Source: Candidatus Eiseniibacteriota bacterium (lineage in GTDB: Bacteria; Eisenbacteria; RBG-16-71-46; CAIMUX01; VGJL01). Taken from it: a stretch of 64,000 bases of DNA. The notes beneath the pieces were generated by a model. That model was not told the origin of the DNA and searched no databases. It was given only the letters and a program-made list of their open reading frames with translations. The stretch spans positions 1 to 64,000 of the forward strand of contig JBHGAY010000004.1 of NCBI GenBank assembly GCA_041946735.1, read 5' to 3'. Position 1 is the first letter of the stretch. Every line of letters starts with the position of its first letter. Of the stretch, positions 51,101 through 59,290 are shown in pieces. Made by a program: the position numbers and the translations under genes.

Positions 51101-51634
51101 GTTGCGGAGGAACTGACAGCGGTAGAGAGTCGGTGTCGTGGACTGGTCCTGGTACCACGCTGCCACGCCGTCTCCGTCGCGGAAGATGCAGTCGCGGATC
51201 GTCGGCCGGGCGCCGCCGCCGCAGAAGATTGCCGACCCGTCCCCCGTCCCGTTCGCCACGGTCACCCCCTCGAGCTTCGCCATCGGAGATTCGTGGCTGA
51301 GGAAGTGAAATCCACGATGCGCTCCTGCGCAATCGACGACGCATGCTTCGGGATGGCCCGACCTCGACCGGATCGTGATCGACTTGCCGTGGTAGTTCGC
51401 GTCCCAGTTGCCGGGGCCGGTGAACGTTCCGTCCGCGAGCTCGAGGACATCCCCGCCGCCGCAGCCGTCGATTCCTGCCTGGATCGTCGGGAAATCCCCG
51501 GTCCCATCGGGACGGATCTGATAGACATCGCCCATTGCGGGCGAATGGATGAGGGGGACCGACACGAAGAGGACCAGAATCGTGAAGACTGCGCGCCTCG
51601 CGGAGGAGAGCAAGGGGAGCGGGGCGGCTTGCAT
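48197..51634 (-). CDS. Secreted right-handed beta-helix repeat protein, three tandem modules, FlgD-Ig-like C-terminus
   Basis: Three (V/I)RxDGxGDxPTI..A..LxDG.(F/Y).G.GN modules, GGAI/FxxN repeats, DP.(F/Y)C and SPC linkers, tail FDVGGRLVR..WDGKN..SGLY. Confidence 0.85.
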   Translation of the reverse strand: MQAAPLPLLSSARRAVFTILVLFVSVPLIHSPAMGDVYQIRPDGTGDFPTIQAGIDGCGGGDVLELADGTFTGPGNWDANYHGKSITIRSRSGHPEACVVDCAGAHRGFHFLSHESPMAKLEGVTVANGTGDGSAIFCGGGARPTIRDCIFRDGDGVAAWYQDQSTTPTLYRCQFLRNTTVQHGGAIYWFGPTTYYEGVIEGCLFEGNRAKEYAGAIYLSNLTRATVRRCVFRENHAGWGGGAAFTDGGAHLTLEDCLFLRNSCDLEPGGAVLIRQEGYMDVTRCTFVGNRAAVGDGSALAALWSYPSSVERCIFASNGAGKAITWTQFASLGIECTDIFGNSDGDWIGALDGRQLTNDNLHVDPLFCDPEADDYRVSQISPCDSTNSPVCGRIGAFGRGCEWDVLTVRPDGSGDHPTIQAAIDAAADGAVILLADGTFSGDGNHDIELRGKRIRIRSESDDPAACTIDCRGSGPEPHRGFWIHEGEGSGTVLEAVTIRGGYAESDGGAVLCEGASPLVRRCRLLENRAAGAGGGIACANEASPTVEDCDIAANQAAYQGGALDCGLLCQPRLARNTLVGNSAPDGSAVHFEGGEHEIAKTIAAWNTGGDAIGCAAGATVTLLCSDLYHNGGDWVGCIAGQGELNGNRSVDPIFCDAARYDLGLESHSPCAPQYVGDCWQIGSHTVECMSILVVRADGSGDYPTIDAAVSGALPGEIVQLEDGIYRGPGNRDVSFRGKAITVRSASGNPETCVIDCEGTPAHPHRGFDFITGEGNDSVIEGITIQGGHAWLDGSPSSQHGGAIRCLNGSDPTIRNCRFVENRAMSAGGAIFFQNTDGVKLFDCVFQKNQAADGGGAIAGENMHVEITRCTFLRNVSNAAGAIAIHSGGGNILIQGCTFLDNEATVGGGAIGTTDPWQDLLIENCTFHGNSGGSGGAIAAWENSPMVLRNNIITGSSGGSMFAGDDVTIECCDFWGNAGGDWMGTWGQLLGQYGNISEDPRYCGESEPAAPFGLNEDSPCAPDANPDCGLIGAWPVSCGVGGAPEDEGQVVRTAQIVSLSPAPFSQRTTISLEIPSGAGSRPVILELFDVGGRLVRTLVNGPLPSGRNRIDWDGKNAAGVDVVSGLYLLRLRAGSESATARVLRIR

Positions 51635-51685
51635 GAGTGCCTCCTGGGTGGTAGCACGAAGATCGCTTCGAAAAGGGGCGTAACT

Positions 51686-51714
51686 AGTATAGTGCCCAGG
51701 CGCTCTTCGAACAA
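51686..51714 (-). promoter_or_regulatory. Candidate sigma70 promoter for the beta-helix gene
   Basis: Minus strand TTGTTC-N17-TATACT in an AT-enriched divergent intergenic region. Confidence 0.5.
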
Positions 51715-51878
51715 CGTAACGCATGCGCCACAACTCTTGACGTTACCCATCCGCCGGCCTGCTCTTGATCGCATCGCTTCGGTGCGGTAGCTTCGCGCGT
51801 TCGCCGCGCGGCGGCGGCGTTCCTTCCAAACGCCGGAATCCAAGCTTCGAGCGCACGCAAGCGCGTAGGAGGTCAGTG

Positions 51879-52340
51879 GTGATCGACGAACCGACGATTG
51901 TGGAGACGACCGAGCAGAACTGCGCCGTCATCCGGCTCACGATCCCGCGCGAGGAGATCCGCAATATGATGGGTCCGGCGATGGAGGAAGTGATCACCAC
52001 CGTCGCCTTACAGAAGATCGGTCCGGCCGGCCCGCTTTTCTCGTATCACCTGCGCCTGGATCCTGCCGTCTTCGACTTCGAGGTGGGGGTTCCAGTATCG
52101 GCGCCGGTGAGCCCGACCGGCCGCGTTGTCGAAGGGAAGCTGCCGGCTGCGAGGGTGGTGCGGACCATCTACCGCGGGCCGTATGAAGGTCTTCCCGATG
52201 CATGGAAGGACTTCAACGGATGGATCGGCAAGGCGGGACACAAGCCGGCCGGCGACCTGTGGGAACGCTACCTCGTCGGCCCGGATTCCAGCCAGGATCC
52301 GTCCCAGTGGCAGACGGAGCTGAGCCGCCGTCTCGCGTAG
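51879..52340 (+). CDS. GyrI-like small-molecule-binding domain protein
   Basis: AGGAGG RBS, FDFEVGVPV, LPAARVVRTIYRGPYEGL..AW, WERYL. Confidence 0.85.
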   Translation: MIDEPTIVETTEQNCAVIRLTIPREEIRNMMGPAMEEVITTVALQKIGPAGPLFSYHLRLDPAVFDFEVGVPVSAPVSPTGRVVEGKLPAARVVRTIYRGPYEGLPDAWKDFNGWIGKAGHKPAGDLWERYLVGPDSSQDPSQWQTELSRRLA

Positions 52341-52424
52341 GGCAGCCTATCGAGAGACGGAAACGCGTCGGTCGAGGGGCGAAGGGGTAGAAGCAGAAGC
52401 GGCGGGCGGAACCTCTGCAGATTC

Positions 52425-52535
52425 CGCCCGCCGCTCGTCGCCCGTCGCTCGTCGCTCGTCGCTCGAGACCGAGCTGAACGCGACCGGACCGATGCGAACC
52501 GAGACGAACCGAAGCGAGCGAAGCGACCGAACCGG
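52425..52535. repeat. Degenerate 7-nt and 9-10-nt period repeats between convergent genes
   Basis: cgctcgt/cgcccgt run followed by cgaacc/cgaagcga repeats. Confidence 0.55.
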
Positions 52536-52552
52536 CCGGCCGGCGACGCCTG

Positions 52553-55500
52553 CTAGAGCGCCTCGGCCAGCTCCGGAACTCCTGCGCCCTGCAGCCCTTC
52601 GTCGACCGTCTCGATCGCCTCCGGCCGCTCGGTGACCGGCACGCGCACGCGGGCCACCAGCACGTAGATCGCGGGGACGACGAAGAGGGTGAACGCCGTT
52701 CCGATGATCATCCCGCTCACGAGCGTGATTCCGATCGAGTTCCGCGCGCCCGCGCCCGGACCGTGCGCGAAGACGAGCGGCAGGTGACCGAAGACCGTGG
52801 CCGCGGTCGTCATGAGGATCGGTCGCAAGCGGGTCCCCGCCGCTTCGATCACCGCATCGAGCTTGCCGAGTCCGGTTTCCTGGAGATGGTTCGCGAACTG
52901 GACGATCAGGATCCCGTTCTTCGCGATCAGCCCGACGAGCGTGATCAATCCGACCTGGCTGTAGATGTTCAAGGTCGTGAACCCCAGGAACGTGAAGAGC
53001 AGCGCGCCCGAGAGGGCGAGCGGCACCGACCCGGCCAGGATCACGAACGGATCGCGGAAGCTTTCGAACTGCGCGGCGAGCACGAGATAGATCAGGATCG
53101 CCGAGAGAAGGAAGACCGCGAGAAACCTGCCTCCCTCGGTGCGCAGCTGGCGCGACTCCCCCGCGTAGTCGATCGTGAATCCGGGAGGCAGGATCTGCTT
53201 CGCCTCCTCCTCCAGGAACGTCAGCGCCTTGTCCAGCGAGACCTGCGGCGGGACGACGCCCTGAATCCGCACGGCGTTCAGCTGCTGGAAGCGCTTCAGC
53301 TCGCGCGGCTCCGTGGTCGTCTTCAGGGTGGCGAAGGTCGAGAGCGGCACGAGCGCGCCCTTCGGTCCGCTGACGTAGATCTCCTCGAGCTGCTCGGGCG
53401 TGAGCCTCTCGCTCCGCTTCACCTGCGGGATCACCTTGTAGCTTCTTCCCTGGATGCTGAAGCGGTTCACGTAGTCCCCGCCGAGAAGCGTCGACAGGTC
53501 CTGCCCGGCCTGGCTCATGTCGACTCCCTGCGACCGCACCTTGTCTCGATTGAACACGACCTCCGCCTGGGGCTGGTCGAACTTCAGATCCGCGTCGGCG
53601 AACATGAACAGGCCGCTCTGATACGCCTTCTGGACGAGCTGGCCGGCGAATTCCAGCAGCTGTTCCGGTTCCGCGGTCGATGCGATCACGAAGTCGACGG
53701 GGAAGTCCCCGCCGCCCGGGAGCGACGGCGGCACGATCGGGATCACGCGGATCCCGGGGATCTGCGACAGTGCGGCCGACGACTCCATCTGGAGCTGGGC
53801 CGTGCTCTTGTTGCGGTCGCTCCACGGCTTCGTCACCATCCCGCCGAAGCCTCCGGTCGGGAACGTGATCTGGAAGGTGTTCTCCGTCTCGGGAAAGGAC
53901 TTGTAGACGTCGTACACCTTCTTCGTGAACATCGTCGTCTGATCGATCGTCGCGTTCGGCGAAGCCTGGACGATCCCGAACACCACCGACTGATCCTCCG
54001 CCGGCGCCAGCTCCTTCTGCGAGAACATGTAGAACGGGATCATCAGGAGGACGACGATCCCCCAGAGGACCAGAACGACCTGGCGGTAGGCGAGCGTGCC
54101 GGACAGAGCCCGGCGGTACCAGTCGCGTACCGCGTCGAAGTGACGGTTGATCATTCCGGCGAATCCGCGCTCCTCCTGGCCGCGCCGCAGCAGCTTCGAG
54201 CCCATCATGGGGGACAGCGTGAGCGCTACCACTCCGGAGACGAGCACCGCCCCCGACAATGCGAACGCGAACTCACGGAAGAGCGACCCGGTCAGACCGC
54301 CCTGGATGGCGACCGGCGTGTAAACCGCCGCGAGGGTGATCGTCATCGCGATGATCGGACCGACGAGTTCCCGTGCGGCATCGATCGCCGCCTTGAACGG
54401 CCGCTTCCCGCTGCGTAAGTGCCGCTCGATGTTCTCGACCATGACGATCGCGTCGTCGACGACGAGACCCACCGAGAGGACGATCGCGAGCAGCGTCAGC
54501 AGGTTGATCGTGAAGCCCGCGACCGCCATCAGGAAGACCGATCCGACGAGCGAGATCGGAATCGCGATCGCCGGGATGATGAGGCCGCGCACCGAACCGA
54601 GGAAGAGGAAGATGATCACGACCACGATCAGGAGGGTCTCGGTCAGCGTCTTCAACACCTCGTCGATGGCGTTCTCGATGTAGACGGTGGAGTCGTACGG
54701 AATGCCCGCCTTCATCCCGACCGGAAGCTGCTTCTGGATCTCCGGCATCGCGTCCCGCACCCGCTTGATCACGTCGAGCGAGTTGGCCGTAGGCAGGACC
54801 CAGAGGCCCATGAAGGTCGCCTTCTGGCCGTTGAAGCGGACCTCCTGCTCGTAGTCCTCGGCGCCGAGCGCCACGTCCGCGATGTCGCCGAGGCGAACGA
54901 CGGCGCCGTCCTCCTGCTTGACGATCAGTTGGCGGAACTCCTCGGGTGTCTGCAGATCGGTGTTCGCGACCATGTTCACTGAAACCATCGTCCCCTTCGT
55001 CCGTCCCAGGGCCGACAGATAGTTGTTGCGGGCGAGGGCGTCGCGCACCTGCGACGGGGAGATGCCGAGCGCCGCCATCTTCTCCGGCTTCAGCCAGATC
55101 CGCATGGCGAAGGTACGGTCGCCGAGGATGTCCGCGCGCTGCACTCCCTCGATCGCGGAGAGCTTCGGCTGCACGACACGGGTCAGGTAGTCCGTGATCT
55201 GGTTCTGGTCGAGGTCGTCGGACGCGAACCCGAGGTACATCGCCGCGAACTGGTTGTCGGCCGTCTCGAGCTCGATGACCGGCGCCTCCGCCTCGGGCGG
55301 CAGGTCGTTACGGACCTGCGCCACCTTCGACTGGATCTGCGTGAGCGCCGCGTTGGTGTCGTAGTTCAGCCTCAGATGGACGGTGATCGTGCTCAGCCCC
55401 TGCGCGCTCGAGGACTCGAGATAGTCGATCCCATCGGCGCTCGCGATCACCCGCTCGAGCGGAGAGGTGATGAACCCGCGCACGAGGTCCGCGTTCGCCC

Positions 55501-55657
55501 CGATGTACGCGGTCGTCACCCGCACCACCGCGACGTCGCTTCTCGGGAACTGCCGCACGCTCAGCGAGCGGATCGACTGGATTCCCGCGATCAGGATGAT
55601 CAGGTTGACGACGATCGCGAGAACCGGCCGCCGGATGAAAAGGTCGGTGAACTTCAT
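52553..55657 (-). CDS. RND efflux permease (AcrB/MexI/MexW-like)
   Basis: FTDLFIRRPVLA, AMRIWL, GLVVDDAIVMVEN, VALTLSP, LAAQFES, AKNGILIV, RLRPILMTT. Confidence 0.95.
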   Translation of the reverse strand: MKFTDLFIRRPVLAIVVNLIILIAGIQSIRSLSVRQFPRSDVAVVRVTTAYIGANADLVRGFITSPLERVIASADGIDYLESSSAQGLSTITVHLRLNYDTNAALTQIQSKVAQVRNDLPPEAEAPVIELETADNQFAAMYLGFASDDLDQNQITDYLTRVVQPKLSAIEGVQRADILGDRTFAMRIWLKPEKMAALGISPSQVRDALARNNYLSALGRTKGTMVSVNMVANTDLQTPEEFRQLIVKQEDGAVVRLGDIADVALGAEDYEQEVRFNGQKATFMGLWVLPTANSLDVIKRVRDAMPEIQKQLPVGMKAGIPYDSTVYIENAIDEVLKTLTETLLIVVVIIFLFLGSVRGLIIPAIAIPISLVGSVFLMAVAGFTINLLTLLAIVLSVGLVVDDAIVMVENIERHLRSGKRPFKAAIDAARELVGPIIAMTITLAAVYTPVAIQGGLTGSLFREFAFALSGAVLVSGVVALTLSPMMGSKLLRRGQEERGFAGMINRHFDAVRDWYRRALSGTLAYRQVVLVLWGIVVLLMIPFYMFSQKELAPAEDQSVVFGIVQASPNATIDQTTMFTKKVYDVYKSFPETENTFQITFPTGGFGGMVTKPWSDRNKSTAQLQMESSAALSQIPGIRVIPIVPPSLPGGGDFPVDFVIASTAEPEQLLEFAGQLVQKAYQSGLFMFADADLKFDQPQAEVVFNRDKVRSQGVDMSQAGQDLSTLLGGDYVNRFSIQGRSYKVIPQVKRSERLTPEQLEEIYVSGPKGALVPLSTFATLKTTTEPRELKRFQQLNAVRIQGVVPPQVSLDKALTFLEEEAKQILPPGFTIDYAGESRQLRTEGGRFLAVFLLSAILIYLVLAAQFESFRDPFVILAGSVPLALSGALLFTFLGFTTLNIYSQVGLITLVGLIAKNGILIVQFANHLQETGLGKLDAVIEAAGTRLRPILMTTAATVFGHLPLVFAHGPGAGARNSIGITLVSGMIIGTAFTLFVVPAIYVLVARVRVPVTERPEAIETVDEGLQGAGVPELAEAL

Positions 55658-56781
55658 CAGCTGTCCTCCGGCCGCGGCGCGGGGCTGTTCGAAGGTTGCA
55701 CGTTGTTGTTGACGAGGACCGCCGCGCCGTTACGGAGCTTGAACGCTCCGGAGGTCACGACTTCCTCACCCGGGTTCACGCCGGAGAGAACCGCCACCTG
55801 GTCGCCTCGAGAGCCGCCCAGCTTGACGAACTGCTGGCGGACGCCGCGGTAGGTCCGTCCCTCGGGACTCTTCACATCCTCGACGATGAAGACCGAGTTG
55901 CCATACGGGGCATAGCTGACCGCCGAAGCCGGAAGCGTCACGAGGGTGCTGCCCGGACCAAGCGTCACCTGAACCTCGACGAACATTCCGGGCCGCAGCA
56001 CGCCGGCCGGATTCTGCAGAATCGCCTGCACCTTCACGTTTCGGGTCGCCTCGTCGATGATCGAGTTGATCGCGCTGATCGTCCCCTTCATCGCCGACTC
56101 GATCCCCTCGGAGGAGACTTCCACCTCGCCGCCCAGATGCAGCTGTCCGACGTCCTGCTGGGGGACGGCGAAGTTGACGTAGATCGGATCGAGGGACTGC
56201 AGTGGGACGATCGCGTCGCCGCCGCTCACGTACTGGCCCACGTCGACCTGGCGGATTCCGAGCGTGCCGGAGAACGGAGCGCGGATCGTCTTGCGATCGA
56301 TCATCGCCTGGATCTCCCCGACTCGCGCTTCCGCCTGCTTCCGCTCCGCGTCGGCTCGATCGAATTCCGCCTGGGACGTGACCCCCTTCTCGCGAAGCTC
56401 GCGGAACCGAGCGAAGTTCTGGTCGACCAACTCCCGTTGCGCCTGCGCGGCTGCCAGCTGCGCCCGCTCCTGCCGCGTGTCGAGCGACACGAGGAGATCG
56501 CCGGCCTTCACCGACGCGCCCGACTGGAAGTGGATCTTCTCGACGATTCCCGGCATGTCGGCGCTGACCGTGACGCCATGCACCGCCTCGACGCTCCCGA
56601 TCGAGCCGAGCGTCGAAGGCCATACTTCCTGATTCGCCATGATCGTCGTCACCGCCTCGGGGGGCGGCTGCCACGCCATGCCTTGCGCGATCGCCGTTTG
56701 GATCTGCTTGTACTTCACGAATCCGATGGCCCCGAGAAAGAAGGCCACCGCAACCAGCATGAGGATCATTCGCTTTTTCAT
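55657..56781 (-). CDS. RND periplasmic adaptor (membrane fusion protein)
   Basis: N-terminal TM, GIVEKI..SG..VKAGDLL, IRAPFSG, LRPGMF, GEEVVTSG; TGATG overlap. Confidence 0.93.
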   Translation of the reverse strand: MKKRMILMLVAVAFFLGAIGFVKYKQIQTAIAQGMAWQPPPEAVTTIMANQEVWPSTLGSIGSVEAVHGVTVSADMPGIVEKIHFQSGASVKAGDLLVSLDTRQERAQLAAAQAQRELVDQNFARFRELREKGVTSQAEFDRADAERKQAEARVGEIQAMIDRKTIRAPFSGTLGIRQVDVGQYVSGGDAIVPLQSLDPIYVNFAVPQQDVGQLHLGGEVEVSSEGIESAMKGTISAINSIIDEATRNVKVQAILQNPAGVLRPGMFVEVQVTLGPGSTLVTLPASAVSYAPYGNSVFIVEDVKSPEGRTYRGVRQQFVKLGGSRGDQVAVLSGVNPGEEVVTSGAFKLRNGAAVLVNNNVQPSNSPAPRPEDS

Positions 56782-57038
56782 GGACGGACACTCCCTCTTC
56801 GGTTCGGATCAGGCTCGACTCGTGTGCGAGTTCGTTCGGACTCGGGTTGGACTCGGTGCTCGGACTCGGTTCGGCTGGACTCGGGCTGGACACGGCGGGC
56901 GGACTCGGTCCAACCGGACTCGGTTCCCTCGACCTTCCGCCGTTCACGGCTCGCTCGGACTGCTCGGACTTCTGGGCCCCATTCGCCTGGCCGCAGGCGC
57001 GGCACAGCTCGGACCCCTCCGACTCCTGTCGCTCTCAT
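56778..57038 (-). CDS. Possible 86-aa repeat-rich ORF bridging tolC and MFP genes
   Basis: ATGA overlaps at both ends; six GGACTCGG copies (56838-56923); no recognisable family. Confidence 0.3.
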   Translation of the reverse strand: MRATGVGGVRAVPRLRPGEWGPEVRAVRASRERRKVEGTESGWTESARRVQPESSRTESEHRVQPESERTRTRVEPDPNRRGSVRP

Positions 57039-58609
57039 TCGATCTCCCTCCCGTCGATGTCCCGCTCGTCCAGCAGGGAGCCGGTGGCGCGCGCGATCTC
57101 GGTGCGCGCGTTCCGATAGGCCGTCAGGGCTGAGATCTCCTCGAGTCGCGCCCGCGAGAGATCGTTCTGCCGTGTGAGGACGAGGAAGTTCGTCGAGAGC
57201 CCGACCGCGTAGCGGTCCTGCTCCGCGGAGAGCTGCACCTCGGCGGCCTCCCGACCCGAGCGCGCGGCCTCGATCCTCTGCCTCGCCGTCTCCAGCGCGG
57301 CCGCAGCGTCGAGCACTTCCGCACGGATCGACTTGCGCATTCGCGAGACATCCGCCTGCGCCTGGTCCAGGGCGCTCCTCGCTGACGACGCCGCGGCTCG
57401 CGCCGACCGATTCGAGATCGGGACCTCGAGGACCAGACCGACCTTCACCGCGTCGTAGTCGCTGTCCCCCAGGCTCTGGAACGCGTCGCCGAGACCGCCC
57501 GACCAGCGATCGGGAAGATCCCCTCCGTCATCCAGAGGATTGCGGGATCCGGCCAAGCCGTAGCGGTCGTACGATAGGACCGCGTCAAGGGACGGATAGA
57601 CCGAGTTGCGAGCGAGGGACGTCTCCGCTCGCCGGCGTTCGATCGCGGCCGCTCCGGCGCGCAGCTCGGGACGCCGATCGAGGGCCTGGTCCATCAAGGC
57701 GGCGACGTCCACGGGCGACGGGTCGACAGTCGGCTCGTCCGCGGGAATCAGCCTGTCGGCCCAAAGCGGATCCTCATCCGAGAGGATCTGCACCTTCAGC
57801 GCGTTCTCGGCTCTCGAGAGGTTCTCGCGGGCGGCAAGCAGGTCCCCTGTCCTTCGCTGGAGCTCCGCGCGAGGCTGGGCGGTCTCGGTTTCCGGCGCTG
57901 CGCCGGTCTTCACACGACTCTCGGTCTCCTCGAGCTGCTCTTGAGCGAGGCGAACGCTCTCCTCGAGCACATCGACCGCCTGGCGCGCGGCGATCAGCGA
58001 CCAGTATCCCTGCTCGACCGATGCGATGGTCTCCGTGACCGTGCTGCGAAGGGCGGCCTCGGCGCCGCTTCGTTGCGAGCGGGCGACGCGGACATTGGCG
58101 CGGGCCGGGTCGATCGCGAATCCGCGCAGAAGCGGCTGCCGCAGCTCGACGCCGATCTGCGTCGAGTTGGCCGGAGTCAGCAGGGCGAGACTGCCGCTGG
58201 TCGTCTCGTGCGCCGCCCGTCCGGCGATGGAAAGCGACGCGCCGGTCGGAAGCAGCTGCCGGATCGAGAGCGTTCCTTCACTTGCCTTGTAGGTCGGCGC
58301 CGATCCGAGCGGCACTCCCGAGAAGGACGAGTTCAACGGCTCCCGGGAGCGCTGCCATCCGCCGCTGATCTGGAGCAGCGGATCGTACGCGCCTCGCGCA
58401 CCCGTGAGGCCCGCCTTCGCGGCCGAGAACGACTCGCGATCGATCGCGATCTGCTCGTTGTGGGACAGAGCCAGTTCGATCGCCTCGTCGAGCGTGAGCG
58501 CGTGCTCTGCCGCCCGCGCGGCACGGGGCGCCGCGAGCGATGCGGCGCCGGCGATCAGAATCGGCAAGAACGCGGCCCGCGCGGCCCGGGAAATCGTTTG
58601 CGGGTGCAT
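57035..58609 (-). CDS. TolC family outer membrane efflux protein
   Basis: Signal peptide, LTLDEAIELAL, LRQPLLRG, VEQGYW, RPEL, RYAVGLSTNFLVL. Confidence 0.9.
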   Translation of the reverse strand: MHPQTISRAARAAFLPILIAGAASLAAPRAARAAEHALTLDEAIELALSHNEQIAIDRESFSAAKAGLTGARGAYDPLLQISGGWQRSREPLNSSFSGVPLGSAPTYKASEGTLSIRQLLPTGASLSIAGRAAHETTSGSLALLTPANSTQIGVELRQPLLRGFAIDPARANVRVARSQRSGAEAALRSTVTETIASVEQGYWSLIAARQAVDVLEESVRLAQEQLEETESRVKTGAAPETETAQPRAELQRRTGDLLAARENLSRAENALKVQILSDEDPLWADRLIPADEPTVDPSPVDVAALMDQALDRRPELRAGAAAIERRRAETSLARNSVYPSLDAVLSYDRYGLAGSRNPLDDGGDLPDRWSGGLGDAFQSLGDSDYDAVKVGLVLEVPISNRSARAAASSARSALDQAQADVSRMRKSIRAEVLDAAAALETARQRIEAARSGREAAEVQLSAEQDRYAVGLSTNFLVLTRQNDLSRARLEEISALTAYRNARTEIARATGSLLDERDIDGREIE

Positions 58610-58842
58610 CACACTCCTCCCTGGAGGTCGGTTTTCTGTAGCCGTGGATCGAGAGCCTCGGCGAATCTCGCGAGACGACGGGAGTCGATCGACTGCAGCG
58701 CGTGCAGCTCGCAAGGAGTCAGTTGGAATCCCCGCTCCACCAGCTCCTGGAGCGCTGCGCCCGGATCCTTCGAAAAGCGGCGCCGGAACGCCTCGTCGGT
58801 CGCCAACCATCCAATGACCCGCTCCACCGTCGAATGACTCAT
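58609..58842 (-). CDS. Small NHLP-clan (Os1348/Franean1_4349-like) leader-type protein
   Basis: 77 aa MSHSTVERVIGWLATDEAFRRRFSKDP..L...GFQLTPCELHAL; TGATG-coupled to tolC. Confidence 0.72.
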   Translation of the reverse strand: MSHSTVERVIGWLATDEAFRRRFSKDPGAALQELVERGFQLTPCELHALQSIDSRRLARFAEALDPRLQKTDLQGGV

Positions 58843-58872
58843 GAGTCTTTCTCTCCCTCGGCGGGCCACTAC

Positions 58873-58887
58873 ACCAGGACCGTGCCA
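58873..58887 (-). promoter_or_regulatory. Candidate sigma54 (-24/-12) promoter
   Basis: Minus strand TGGCACG-N4-TGGT: perfect -24 box, imperfect -12; adjacent to a sigma54 activator gene. Confidence 0.45.
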
Positions 58888-59249
58888 GGGGCGAGCGCCG
58901 GGCTTCGCGCGCGCGCTTCCGCGCCGCGGGACGCGGTTTGCGAGGGCCGGGGACGATGAAGGCCGTGCGCGCGGACATACGGGGAGCGGGAAGCGGGTTC
59001 GACCACCTGCGGAGATATCGACAAGTTGTCGGAAGATCCGCGCGGATGCGGAGACAGCCTGGAGACTGAGAGAGACGGAGATGGATTAGGGATAAAGGGA
59101 AGGAGAAGGAGATCCAGACGGAAGCCGAAGCGCCGGAGAAGCGTCCGGTCGCTTCCCCGGACGTCCGGACCGTATCACGGCATCGGCGCGGGTGTCAGCG
59201 CATCGGGGCGCAAGTCGCCGGCGCCCAGTACGCGCCGACCCCCGCTCTT

Positions 59250-59290
59250 CTTCTAGGTAAGGCCGTGCTCCTTCTAGGTAAGGCCGTGCT
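59250..59290 (-). repeat. Tandem duplication (20 nt, 21-nt period) of the activator gene 3' end
   Basis: cttctaggtaaggccgtgct at 59250 and 59271. Confidence 0.9.

Noticed and set aside
56838..56923. Repeat clusters here and at 26101-26148 considered as CRISPR arrays
   Set aside because: Units are 8-18 nt without 30-40 nt unique spacers; no cas genes
58609..58842. Complete RiPP biosynthetic cluster
   Set aside because: No core peptide after the GG and no modifying enzymes or peptidase transporter in the window
59143..59170. GTCCGG-N8-CCGGAC dyads as enhancer sites for the sigma54 activator
   Set aside because: Position is plausible but such GC palindromes are common by chance here
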